Positions 38,509 through 52,116 of a DNA stretch of 64,000 nt are shown here, piece after piece; the first letter of the stretch is position 1, and every line of letters begins with the position of its first letter. Made by a program: the position numbers and the translations under genes. The notes beneath the pieces are model-generated. The model had not been told where the DNA came from and did no database searches. It saw nothing but the letters and a program-made list of their open reading frames with translations. The DNA comes from Bugula neritina (lineage: Eukaryota; Animalia; Bryozoa): positions 17,295,781-17,359,780 of the forward strand of contig OZ037767.1 of assembly GCA_964035545.1 (NCBI GenBank). The letters run 5' to 3'.

Positions 38509-41500
38509 TCACTTCTTCATTCCAAATATGGTAAGTCTTCCAGCTTTGGCTGCTTCTTTAACTTTAGACCAATCAGTGAGCTCTTCACACCGAGATCCAA
38601 GTGCAGACAACCCTCCTTTCTTTGGACTGTCCATCCAGTTTCCAACAACCTGTATAAAGTGTCAACAAGGTGTCAATATAACACCATAGTGTCTGCATCG
38701 TACAAGAGAAAGAAAATACAACAATTACGGTGTGAAAAAACGTTTACTAGAATAAAGAAACTCAGATATAAACTCACACACATAATCTACATGATAAACT
38801 GATAGCCATGTATAACAAAGGGAACAGGACTCTTAACACAATATATAAAATGGAGTACAAGACGCAACCTCATCTAACTTGTCTTTATCCAGTACACTCA
38901 GATAGTAGATGTATCTGAATCTATCAATAGTTTTACGGCATTTCCCTGTTGGTTTAAGAGCATCATGTATAGATTTGGCTCTCTTACTAGTAAGTTGATT
39001 ATGTACATATTCCATCAACTGTATAGCCTGTTCTGGTGTTTGTACTGCAAGGAACACAGGAAAAAATGTAAATACTTAGAATACAATACGCAATATCTTT
39101 GTACACAATAATATGAAGCTGACAGTGAGTATTTGTTTTATAGCTGCATAGAAAACGATATGTCAATATATAAAAAGAAATTGAGACAATACAATTACTG
39201 TTGATGACGGAATGTGTGGGTAGACTGTAATACACTATTGAGAGGTGTCTCACCATATTGGAAACTAGTTGCTACATTAGAAGTGGAGGGTGCATTGTTA
39301 AGAGCAAGAGTATCACAGACTCTCTCTGAAAACGTAACAGAATAAGAGTTTGACATTGGAATCACACAACTTTGTATGATTTTGCTCCAGCTGTTCTAGT
39401 TTGTTAACAGTTGGACATTTTACATTTTCAGTTCTGGTAACATAACACAGCATGTCATGTGCTAGTTAGAATATGAACTACATGGAAATATGTTCCTGTA
39501 ATAACAATTATATATTGAATCCTAACTAACTATAGGCGTACTGACATAGCTGTGTATAAATCCCATCACTAAATCCCTGAATATCTTTACATGTATATAT
39601 AATATTATCCCAGAAATAGTGTAATTACTAACTCATTACTTTAACCAACCTGTTACTAGAGTTCTTTGATCTCCAACAACTACAGAGAATGGAATATCCA
39701 CTTCACCAAGCATGATTGAGTCAGTGTACTCGGAAAGTTCTAGAATAATAATCACAAAGAGTTTATAACTGAGAGAGAGATGATGTGTAATATAATAGCA
39801 TATGATAAATAGCATATATCAGATAGTTGAAGATATGTATATCCAGGTTTAGTAAGACTTTACCATCATTTAAGACAAGACATGTGACTCCAGGTCCACA
39901 CTCCTTTCCAATCAGAAGGAGAAAACTCTCAATAGTCATGTCATCTCTGAATGGGAATATCTTGCTCCGAGATTTGATTTTCAAAGTGAGTTTATTGTAT
40001 CTAACAGCACCTGTACCAGTCATATGAAACAAAATTATAAAAATTTTGAGTTCAATAGAGTAATGAAATAAAAATTAATTGACAAATAATCAATTAAATG
40101 AAGTCACTTACATTGAATCGTTACGGCAGGTAAAATCTGCTCAGGTGTGACATCCATATTATGAAGTTGTCCCACAGTCTCGGGTACTTCCTGTGTTGGA
40201 GGTTTTGTACCATTTAGCATTTGAGTGTCTTGTACATGTGGTGGTTCAGAATACTCAGTGGTCATAGGAAAGTCAGCATTGGCAGCATCTGTATCAACAT
40301 AATAGATGTCAATGACAATAAAACATTAACTGTCTTAGGATTATCTCCATATCTTTTGTTTTGTAATTGAAATTGGAAGTTGTATGAAATACATGGGATG
40401 TTTATGACAATGCAATAGCTATTCCATTCCCTGCTTTTTAACTCCAAAGATAATATTCCAAGTATTTATTCCAAATGATAAAATATAACATACCTAAGCT
40501 TCTAGAGACTTTGGATGTTGAAAGGAATACATCATTATAGAGTGGTCTTTTACTTCCAGATGGTGTTTCTGACTTGTTACTCAGTGTAGTAACTCGAACA
40601 GATGAGGTGCTCTCTTGTGATGGAGGTACTAAACTGCTGCTCTCATTGGCTGCGGTATGGGATGTCAAGGTCACTGGTACAGATGTCAGAGAAGATACAT
40701 TCTCACTAGAAGATGAGTCAGTGAGACCAAGCTGTGACACTGGATGATGAAACTGAGAGTTAGAGTTTTGCCAGTTGTTGAGTGTCTGATCAGCCTCTGG
40801 TAGAGCTGCTGGTTGCATATCTGTGTACTCCTTCGGTGTTGGTGTGGGCTGTGAGATGTTGTCATGATTATACGGTGGCTGTGTTAGGAATGAGAAAAGT
40901 TTGGAGCTTGGAAGTGGAGGATTGAAAGGTGAATATTCCAAGGAATGTCGGAAGGGTGAAGCATTTTCTGGAGTAGATTGAGAGGGTAGACTGGTGTGGC
41001 TGGCTGGTGTTGGTGTCAACTGTGGAGTGGAAGGTGTGAGTTGGACTGGTTGCGTGGTGGAATAGTTTGACAGACTCAGCTGTGGTGGGACTTGCAGGTT
41101 GCTTTGTATTGGTATAGTCAAGTCAAGGAGAGATGGTTGAAGATCCAAAGGAAGTGAATCGTGCTGGTCAGTTACTGGTTGAGGTGTGAACCATCTGGAA
41201 GTTTCTAAAGAGCCAGACTCAGCAGGCAGCTGGTGATTGTATGTTGAGTTGTTGTTTTCCAATAAGCTATTGGCTGCTTGAATCTCTAAAATATAAAATA
41301 TGTTGCATTTCCTGAGGTTATTTTAAAGGCTGTGAGTAACTATACAAGCATTTTCTTTCCCCAAGACATTTTACCAATATATATTACCGAACCAAGTTTA
41401 AACTTTTTCAGCTAACTCATAATCTATTAGCTGTATAAAACAAATTATTAGCATTGAGATAAAATTAAATATTCTTATTCTCCGTCATCTATGATTAGCA

Positions 41501-43300
41501 ATTGGTAGTTTATTTATTCATAATTCCATTCAAGTTCATAATTAGAATTGTTACAATTAGTTTGCAGTATTTTCAACTAAATATTATTAGCTATGAATTC
41601 TAGTATTATTCCACCCATGTAACTGTACCAGTATATCAGACAAAGATGTACATTCTGTTGGCTAGACAGAAGTTCATGAAAGATGAATATAGATGTTATT
41701 ACTGGGTTAAACAGATAAAACTGATGAGAGAAGACAACTACAGATAATATCAAATGAATGATTATTTAAATATGCAGTGTATAGCAGCAACACTGTTAAC
41801 GTTATTATGTTACAAGTCATTGGTGAGCATAGATGTACATGAACTTAAGTCACTATATGGAAGGAAATATCATCTTAAATAACAGCTAGAACGGCTAGAC
41901 ATTCATCAGCTAAAAAGAACCTATTATTAGATTTTGTATTGTCTAGATTTTCTGCCATAAAACTGTCTGTAAAACACAAATTAATGTAAATCTGAAAAGT
42001 TGACCTCACCTTGAACTCTGTGTTCTGCTTCATCCTGACACTGTTTAAGGTAAGACACAGTGTTTGTTTTTCCTTTTCTTTTTGCAACACTTAAAGGAGT
42101 CTTATTTATTGTGTTGTGAGTTTTGAGTAGCTCTAGTTGCTGTTTAGCATTGAGTTTATCCATCATTAGTTGGATCATTTGTGTGTGACCTTCCCATGCT
42201 GCACCATGTATAGCTGTATTAGCACCGTATCTACTCTGTATCTTGAGTAGCTCAACTTTCTGATCTACTGATACGTCATCTAGTAGGTATTTGGTAGTCT
42301 CTGTATGACCTTCCCGTGCTGCACTGTGTATAGCTGTACTATCATAAATACCCTGTATCTTGAGTAGCTCCACCTTCTGATCTACTGATACACCATCTAG
42401 TAGGTATTTGATGGTCTCTGTATGACCTCTACATGCTGCGCTGTGTATAGTTGTCCTACCATCACTACTCTGTATCTTGAGTTGCTCCACCTTCTGATCT
42501 ACGGATACACCATCTAGTAGATATTTGATAGTATCTGTATGACCTCCCCATGCTGCCCTGTGTATAGCTGTATAACTATCACTACTCTGTATCTTGAGTA
42601 GCTCAACCTTCTGATCTACTGATACACCATCTAGTAGATATTTGATGGTGTCTGTATGACCTTCCCATGCTGCACTGTGTATAGCTGTATCAGCATATTT
42701 ATTCTGTATTTTGAGTAGCTCCACCTTCTGAGCTACTGATACACCATCTAGTAGATATTTGATGGTGTCTGTATGATCTACCCTTGCTGCTAGGTGTATA
42801 GCTGTATAACCAACACTATCCTGTATCTTGAGTAGCTCCACCTTCTTCTCTACTGATACACCATCTAGTAGATATTTGATAGTGTGTGTATCACCTATCC
42901 ATGCCGCAAGAAGTATTGCTGTATAATCATCACCAGTCTGTGTCTTGAGTAGCTCAATCTTCTGATGTACTGATACACCATCTAGTAGGTATTTGATGGT
43001 CTCTGTATGACCTCTCTTGGCTGCATTGTGTATAGCTGTACTACCATCACTACTCTGTATCTTGAGTTGCTCCACCTTCTTCTCTATTGATACACCATCT
43101 AGTAGATATTTGATAGTGTCTGTATGACCTCTCTCAGCTACACTCTGTAGTGTGTTTTTCTCCCTCAACAGTCTACATCTCTCTTCTATTGACACATGTG
43201 GAAGACAGAGTTTTAGGCTTTTGATAATGTTGACCTCTTTAGATCGACCTCTTTTTATTTTCAATAATGTCTCTTGCAGCTTCTGTGTATGTTTCAACAT
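38509..43300 (-). CDS. Copy D: 8-exon gene, ~961 aa, same architecture with 8 internal ankyrin repeats
   Basis: Exons 43300-42010, 41285-40494, 40288-40112, 40010-39864, 39739-39650, 39325-39254, 39044-38869, 38649-38509 (2886 nt). GT-AG sites and exon lengths are conserved and no stops were found in the spliced frame. Confidence 0.85.
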
Positions 43301-43572
43301 TTTAATTTCTAAAATTATTATTTTAAAAACATTTAGCCACATGATATACAAAGGGTACGTTTTGTGTCACTTTGATTTTGCCAATTTTTATTATTCACAA
43401 GCCTTTTGCTACATAAACATTATACAGTATATATAAACATACTATATACTATACACTGAAATATACTATAATTATATCATGTACTATGCAATAATACATA
43501 ATATAACTATATCATGTACTATACACCAAAATATACTATAAATATATCATACCATACACTAAAATATTTTAC

Positions 43573-43883
43573 TGTTATAATTTCCACAATTAAGTATGGG
43601 GTTTCGTGTATACTATAATTATCCACGTTGCATTGCTAGACACCAGACGAGTAATCAAGAGAGAAGAAGAGTTATTTAACACACTAAGTATACGAGTAAA
43701 AGTAATATAATCTGAGTAGCACACATATATAAAACATCTATCCTAGTACAATCAGCATTACGCTCTAACTGAATTGTATTATAAAACTGTCCGGAAGCCT
43801 TTCTGCTTTGGGGGGGGGTAATCACGTGCTTAGTGGGGATTGGCTCGTGAGCACGTGGGGCTTACGCCTCGCTGGCCACTACA
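43573..43883 (-). mobile_element. Solo LTR (311 bp) related to the Gypsy element 1 LTR family
   Basis: Minus strand begins TGTAGTGGCCAG, contains CACGTG, CCAAT and cacgtgattacccc, and ends AATTATAACA like the element 1 LTRs. TSD ttac/atac. Absent from copies A-C. Confidence 0.8.
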
Positions 43884-44031
43884 ATACTTTAAAGGTAGGT
43901 GAAGTATTAATAGAGAAATTGATAAAAGCCTGTGTTCTAGTCCACAAATGTAGCAACAGAAGTTATGTTCTCGCAAGAATTTCAACCCTCGCCATATATT
44001 CTGCTTTTACTGCTCCTAAGTGTAATTATAT

Positions 44032-44475
44032 CATACTATACACTAAAGTATGCTATACTATGCTATACACTGATTATACTGATCATACTATACACTAAAG
44101 TATACTATACTATGCTATACACTGATTATACTGATCATACTAAACACTAAAGTATACTATACTATGCTATACACTGATTATACTAATCATACTATATACA
44201 CTAAAGTATACTATACTATGCTATACACTGATTATACTGATCATACTATACACTAAAGTATAACATACTATGCTATGCACTGATTATACTAATCATACTA
44301 TACACTAAAGTATACTATACTATGCTATACACTGATTATACTGATCATACTATACACTAAAGTATACTATACTATGTTATACACTGATTATACTGATCAT
44401 ACTATACACTAAAGTATACTATACTATGCTATACACTGATTATACTGATCATACTATACACTAAAGTATACTATA
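44032..44475. repeat. 52-bp minisatellite, ~8-9 copies (upstream of copy D)
   Basis: Same 52-bp unit. Confidence 0.9.
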
Positions 44476-45541
44476 TATATTATAAAACAGAAAACTTTAT
44501 AATATTATGATCACCTATGTGTTAGTCATTAAACAGATTGCATTGTAGTCAAACTGTATTACGGCATTCCTTCATGCTGCTCACAAATGCCACACGGTTA
44601 GATGCCAGCCGCAATGGCCCGGACCAATCAACATCAAGCTCTCCTTTATAAGCTGGACATTCTGATTGCCCAGACACACTTGGTTACTGGGACTACTACT
44701 GAGCTTGCTAATTTATAATTTTTAATATTATTGTTTAAACTTTTATCTTGGTGTAATTGTAATTGTTTAGTATTGTATATATAATTCTTCTCTCAAGGAT
44801 TGCAATCTCAGTTCTCTCTCTCAAACACACAAAGAGTATGTTTTAGCTTTACAACCCATGCATAATCTACAACTTAGAAGTTTATTGCATTGTTATGATT
44901 TCCAGAATTTGGGTCGATGTGCAATCAAGAGAGTCTATTTATTTGCTAGAGAACTTCACCAGAATAAGGCGAGGTAATACAAGTATATTTTATGCACAAG
45001 AATACATCACAAAAGCTATACAAATACCTTCAGTAATTGCTACGTCCATACAATTTAATACGCTATTCTCAACTAACTAACAGCGGGAAACTAACTACTA
45101 CTAACTGCGTTCAGTATCGCTAATTGGCTGTCTATTGTTCCGAGTGAACTACGTGACCCCGGTGTTGTATCAGTGGGGGAAATAATATTTCCCTGTACTA
45201 CGCTGCTGGTAGCTTCGTGAGCCACCACACCGCCTCCACCAGCAGAAAGCCCTCTTTCTGATACAAAACATTTTACAGTTAACACACATAACATCATTAG
45301 ACAAAAAGAAAAAGATATAAAACATGTATACAAAAAAAACATAAGTGATCCAGTTGCATATAAAAACGTGCGTAAAAAATTATACTGAGATATTTGAGTA
45401 ATTGGTAAGTCTTATATACAGGATACGGTCCACAGTAACACCAGGGTGATGCCACAGAGAGGTAGTGATGGGGTAGAGGAGTAGTGGAGGTCCGGAAGGT
45501 TAGAATAAGGAAAGGAGGTCTGAGGGTTGTGGGGACCCGGG

Positions 45542-46625
45542 CTAGTCCTGGGTCGCTCGCTTCAACTGACGAATGGATTCTTGTAATGACCAGAGCTCAC
45601 TAGATGCTGCTTGGATGCAGGGGGGCTAACTGGTGTACTTCTTGTTCAAGCTCATTGGCTCGGGTCTCGACCTCCCGCAGATTGCGGGCTAGAGGGGAAG
45701 AACGGGAGAGGGACTGTTGGTGTCTATGTCTCTTCCGTTCTGCTGAAGGAAGTGGGGGAGGGAGTGTGTATGCCTGCGTGTCGACTCTCTGCAACACGAC
45801 ACGGGGAAGTGTCCGTGGTCGACGTATGGAGTCGAGGGATGGAGAGCTAGAAGACCCAGGAGGTTTGACTACTGGTCCTGGCGTGATTGGTCGTGGTGGA
45901 GAGAAGCCTTGCTCCAGGCGAGATAGCCGAGTTGAGTCTGTGACGAAAGGTCTAATGAGGTTAAGAAACGAGAGGTAAGAAGATTCATCCACGTCATAGA
46001 TGTGGCCCTGGAAACAGTGCATTGTCCGTTGGTGTCGTAACACGTAATCCCTATTGTAACTATACTCCCCGCAGGGGCAAAATGTTGTTATAAAGTGTTG
46101 CGGCAGATGGACTCTTAGCCGCCGGTGTGTCGTGAACCGCTGTTGGCATAAGCGGCATTCTTGGTCGCTGTCATCACCCCTGTATTTCTTTATCTCTACC
46201 TCCGTGGCGGAAGTAGTCTAGCTTGGTGTAGTTTCTAGCTGGTGTGGTAGGTGTTTAGTAGTGGAAAGTTGCGGCGTAGGTTCTGGATCCCATGCCATCT
46301 CTAACGAGGGCATCCCCGGAGAAACGGGAGCGAGTGTGTCGTCTACAAAAGTAGAATTATTGTTAGATCGCGGTAGATCTTTACAGCATAATTTTGGTGA
46401 CGGTCGACTGTTACTAGTCTGACAGTCACAACTTTTATATGGCACTCGGGAGACCAGTTGGTCACGCGTAAACTGACAAAGAAGGACAGTGTCTAGCTCC
46501 AGGTCTAACAGACTGTCGGCCATTACTGTGTCCTCGTCGTCATTCAAGTGAAATGTGGTTCCCAGTAGTTCTGATTCAATCCGACTGATTAGCTCAGAAT
46601 TTACTGGCATCAAGCCTGTTTCCAT
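45542..46625 (-). pseudogene. Extra ORF3 of Gypsy element 2: C2H2 zinc-finger + coiled-coil protein (one stop, one frameshift)
   Basis: ATG at 46625. Reading through the TAG at 46220-46218 gives ECRLCQQRFTTHRRLRVHLPQHFITTFCPCGEYSYNRDYVLRHQRTMHC, in frame with ORF 45600..46043. The shifted tail is ASSELWSLQESIRQLKRATQD*. Confidence 0.78.
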
Positions 46626-46683
46626 GGATAGGAATACAAGACTTATACTGGCTTACCTGTGAACTTGGTATTAGCTTCCATAC

Positions 46684-49600
46684 TCAATGTTCAGTGGTTA
46701 TAATTGGAGGTAGTTGCGAGGTACGTCTGCCCTTTGCGATGTCAGCGTAAGAAAAGGCTGGGCATCGTTTCTGTGGCACGAAGTTGGAACTATTTGCTTT
46801 ACGCGCATTAATTCCTCCCACTATTCCGCCCTCGCAAAAGTTGAGATTTGCGTAGGGCTCGCAACTCCTACATTTTCCCGTACGGTTTTCCCCTAGACTT
46901 TCGTACGCGCCGCTTTTAATGCAGTCACAGACGAAGTCTTTTACATAAAGTGGGGGTTGTCTCGTACGTTGTCCCCGCTCTAGGGAAGGTGGTGCACTCA
47001 CCGGTGGACTAGTAGGGGCCTCTGGCGGCGCCTCTACTTCACCGTTAGTGGTCGCTTCTTTCTGTTCTCCGGATGAAACCCCTCTCTCCGTGGGGGTTTG
47101 CACTTCCGGAACCGGCTCGGTCTCCAGAAGTGATGGAACCAGAATTGGGGCAGGAGGTGGCGGACACGCTTTTGTAGGCAAAGGCAGTCGCTCATCTCTT
47201 ACCAAGTCTTCTTCCCGCAGAATGACCACTTCCTATTCAGGTCCATGCCGCCGTCGCCCGCGCGTTGTTGTACGCCTCCTGGGCTCCAACAACGGGGGGG
47301 GGGGGGCTTCTCCCACTGCGTCTGGGCTAGCCCAATACGGCTTCAAGCGAGCCTCATTCTGGAGAGACACCTGTCCTGAGTGCTCGATCTTATAGGTATG
47401 GTTGGGCATAACCTCGATTATCACGTAGGGTCCCACGAACTTAGGCTGTAACTTAGCCGTTTGTCCGCGACGCCTACGGTGATTGACCATCCACACCCAA
47501 TCTCCGGTTTGATAGAAGGGTGGTTCCTTGGAATCCTCGGGCTGCACCTGCCACTGCTTTTCTCGCAGCATTTCGTGTGCCACCCTCATCCGTTCCACCA
47601 GTTCACTGGCATACTCGTGGACCGAGCTGTCTTGCTCTGGAACGTGGTAGGTAAAATGGTCAGGGACACGAGTCTCTCTCTCGAGCATCAGGAGGTTTGG
47701 GGTCTCACCAGTACTGGTGTGTGGGGTGCTACGGTATGCGCGCATGACTTGCGGCAACACCGTGTCCCATTCCTCCTGACTGCGTCCGAGAAGCAGACTC
47801 CGGAGCGCATCACCTAGCATCCGGTTATTACGCTCCACCACCCCGTTACCTTGGGGATAGTAAGAGGTGGTCCTGCTCTGATTTACTCCCCAGAGGCGGC
47901 AAAGGTCGCTCATCAGTTGAGACTGGAACTGAGCGCCTTGATCAGAGTGTATCTGTTCGGGGAGCCCGAAGTAACAGAATACATGTTGGTCTAGCACCCT
48001 GGCCACTGTTGGGGCTGACGCATCTGGAACAGCCAGAGCGTCCGCCCACCTCGTAAAGTGGTTGGTCAATACTAAGATCCAACTGTTGCCTCTGGGGGTT
48101 AGGGGCATGGGTCCGACCAGGTCTACAGCTACTACTTGCCAAGGCCTTCCGGCATATAACCTCCGCCGTCCCGCGTCACCAGGGAGACGGCCATGCTTGC
48201 TGGCCTGGCAGATTTCACACTGTTTTACTCTGAGTCAGACATCACTCTCCATCTGAGGCCAATACCACCGGAGTCGTAATTTGGAGATCACTCTCTTGAC
48301 CCTACGTGAGCCTGTTTGTGAGTGTCCCAAATAAGCTCGCGGCGAATGGCAGTGGGTGTCTGCCGTTGGCAGCTAGAGAAATGGTCAGCAGACCATCCTG
48401 CCCGATCCTCAGCGAGTCCCAACGTTGGCAGTATAGCCGGAATTCGGCGCATCCCTGCCGGAACTGTTCTTTGCTGGGTCGTCGCCCTTCCTTTTTGGCT
48501 CGGTATATGTCCGCCACTACCCCAGGCAGCTCTTCCTGAAGCTTCTTCAGCTCCCGGACATTACCGGCCAAAACAGAGTTGGCGCGGAGGTTCTGTACAA
48601 CCTCCAGGGACTCGTCAACCTTTGGTTTGAGCTGACCCTGGTCCCACTCATACTGTGCTCCGTGGTGAACCAGTGTCTCCAATTCGCATCGCGGAGGACC
48701 TCCATCCCTCCTTTTGATGTTGAGACACTGTTTGCAACCTCCATCAGGTCGGCGGCTCAAACCATCCGCATTGCTGTGTCTCTTGCCCGGTCGATGTTCG
48801 ATCCGGTAGGAGAACTCAGCTAGGATTTCGAGCCACCGGGCGACCTGACTGGAAGGCTCTGCTCTCTTGCACAACCAGATCAGAGAGGCATGATCCGTAC
48901 GCAGCCAGAACTTCCTGCTGTATAGGTATGGTCTGAAGTGCTTCACTGACTTGATTACTGCCAGCAGCTCCTTGCGGGTAGTGCAGTAATTTCGTTCAGT
49001 GGGTGAGAGAGACTTGCTGTAGTAGGCTACTACTACCTCTCGGCCTTCCTGCACTTGGGACAGCTCAGCGCTAACATTCTGGTCACTGGCGTCGGTGTCA
49101 AGGATGTACTCCAGAGTAGGATCTGGGTAGGCCAAGATGGGTGCCGTTAGTAGGCAACCCTTGAGGCGGTCGAACGCTCCTTGTTCGACTGGGGTCCACT
49201 GCCACGTCACTCTCTTTGCGGTGAGCCGGTTTAACGGCTGTGCTATGCCCGCAAAGTATGGTATGTATTGTCTATAATATCCTACTCGACCCAAGAAAAC
49301 CCGAAGTCCGGTCAAGTCTTGGGGAGTGACCCAGTCTTCGATCGCCTGTACTTTTTCGAGATCCGTTGCCACGCCGTTTCGACCGACAACGTGCCCCAGG
49401 TACTTGACCTCTGGCTGCAATAGAGCGCACTTGGAAGGTTTGAGCTTCAGACCGGCACCTCGGAGTCTCTCGAAAACCTCTCGCAGACGACTGATGTGTG
49501 TCTCGAAGTCTGGGGAGATTACGATGACATTATCGAGGTAGATCAGCAGTGTCTTCCAATGGAGCCCGCTGAGGACTTGCTCCATCAGTCTCTGGAAGGT

Positions 49601-52116
49601 GGCTGGGGCGGAAGTTAACCCGAAGGGCAGCCTTTTCCACTTCCATAAACCGTCCCATGTGATAAACGCCACCTTCTCCTGGGCGTCGAGACTCAGAGAA
49701 ACTTGCCAGTAACCGCTCAACAAGTCTAACGTACTGAAGTACTTGCTGCCGGCTAGGGAGTCCAATGACTCGTCAATACGAGGTAGAGGGTAGGCGTCCT
49801 GTATGGTTACACTATTCAGCTTGCGTAATCTACACAGAACCACCAATTGCCGTCTTTCTTCCAGACCAGTACGACCGACAAGCTCCACGCACTGTGGGCT
49901 GGCTCAATGAGGCTGTGGTCCAGAAGATCCCAGACTTGTCGGCTAACCTCCTTTTCCTTTTCCAGCCCCAGCCTGCGTGTGGGTTGCCGAATAGGGACTG
50001 TCCCCACAGTCAGCGGTATCTCGTATCTGACAGCTCCAGTCAGTCCCACGTCGTGATCTCCGCTGCTGAACACATCACCGTAGTCCATAGCAAATTTGCC
50101 ATAACCTGGCGTTCCTCGTTGCTCGCACAGCCACCACAGGCTGTCTCATATAACTCCTGGATGTGTGTTGGGACAGCCCCTCGCCCCTGGGTAGGGCGTC
50201 GAGGGGGTGCCTCCGTCGCATCTCCCAGCGACGGGCCCATGTCCTCTTCTTAGACAGAGTGGAACCGGCCCAGCATAGACCCAGCTGGGAGCTTGACAGA
50301 CTCCGTGAAGGGGTTGACGCACTGCACTAATATCTTTCCTCGCTCAGTCAGTCGGTTTAGACTGCTGGCAAGTTGGATCCTTTCGTGCGCGCCTTCAACG
50401 ACCCCGAGTCTGGATATCCGGTTGCTGTTCACTCGGCAGTAGATAGTGGCCCTAGAGCGTCCTGGTACAGTGCAGTTTTGAACTACCTGGACACCGCCCA
50501 CTAGACGCCCGGACTTATCCACACAGGCGAGTTTTCGCCCGCCCATCAGCACTGCTGACTTACTAAAGTCTATGCGGCATTGATGCTGTTTCAAAAAGGG
50601 CATTCAGAGGATAGCATCTTCCTCCAGCTGGCTTATGACAAACGTCTCCTGTACAGCCTGGTCTCAGACACGCCCAGGGAGCTCGATAATACCGTATAAG
50701 GGAATACACGACCCGTCTGCTAGGGTGCCATGTTCTCCCGTATCCGGTCGTAATCTATCCCTGTCCTGGCGGGGCAGTGTCTCAAAGACCCTACAACTGA
50801 GAAGGGTTGTAGTACAGCCGGAGTCCAACAGGAAAGTGACGGCTTTACCCGCCACCTTTCCGGGTAGGAAATAGCTATCTTCATGTGGTTGTACTTTCAC
50901 TCCCCCCCCCCCCCCCGCATGTGCTGTCCTGGCTGGGTAGGACGGCGGGGGTTTTACCCGTGGTTTACGGGGTTTCCGGCGGCGTGGTTGGCGCCGGCGG
51001 GGCTCGGAGCTCTCCACTGGGCCTTCCGGCTCTATATCAGTGGCGGGCTCCTCTTCCTGAGGTAACCGGTGGAACCAGTTAGCGAGTGGCAGGGAGAAGG
51101 CACGCGGTCGCCGCATGGGGCGTTTAGTCCTATGTACCTGGCCGCCGTGGAGGTCGGCTGGTCCTGCGTGGTACCTGCCACTCGGGGGGCATACCGTCGT
51201 GTCTGTACAGACAGGCGGCGGCGTGTCCCACCATGTTCCTTCAGTCTCGGCCCGCGGGGAGGGAAGGCGTCCGCGGGCCGTGACAGTTTAACGCCCCCTG
51301 GTTCTGAGGTCGTCCTTGCTGTGTGCGGCTCTGACCACCACCACTGCAGCTCGGCCCCACAGGTGCTGGGGGCAACTGCGGGGCCTGGCCGAGGCCAGTG
51401 TTGGCAAGAATCGCCACTAGCTGTTTCAGCATCTCCACCATACGGTCTACTTCTGCTTCCAAGGAGGGTGCTTCGGGGACCACCGTAGCTCGGGAGGGAG
51501 ATCGTGGCGCCACATATCCTCTTGCCGCATTAACTCCAACCGGCGGCGGGTTTCCTTGTCCTCGATGCAGTTGGGTAGCCAACATGTAAGCCTCTCCAGC
51601 CTTTAGGGCATCCTCCACTGTGGTTACTCCTTTGGCTTGTAGTTGGTGGTGTAGGCCCAGGTCATTCAGTGACTGGACGAAAGCGTCATAAGTGTAGCGC
51701 TCTTGGTGTTGTACTGGTAGGTCGCCATACGCAATGTGCGCCAGCTTCTTTACCGTAGCGGCATGCTCCTGTAGCGGGGTCCGCGGGGCGCGGCACAATC
51801 TCTGCAAACGGGCCCTGGCGTCCACTGCGGCGATGCCAAATATCCCGTCTACGTCAGTTCCTATCCCGTACGGCTTAGCTTGCTCCGCCAATGCCTTCCG
51901 CAATTAGATAAGGGCCACTCTCTGTGGCCATTGAGCAATATCTATTACTTCTCTGAACTCCTGTATAGATTGTTCAACATTTTCTGACCCAGTAAAGGTG
52001 GGGGCTTTCAACCGATACCAGTAAGCGTCTTCTCCTATACGATTCACAGAAATAACATCATCTCTACGCTCACCTTCTACTGCCGGTGGTTGCATTCCAG
52101 CGTCTTCAGTCTCCAT
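46684..52116 (-). pseudogene. Disrupted gag-pol of Gypsy element 2
   Basis: ORF fragments 51904-52116 and 51241-51903 (gag), 50664-51116 (protease), 48302-49888 (RT/RNase H), 47233-48108 (integrase), 46684-47229 (tail). They are separated by stops and frameshifts. Confidence 0.9.
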
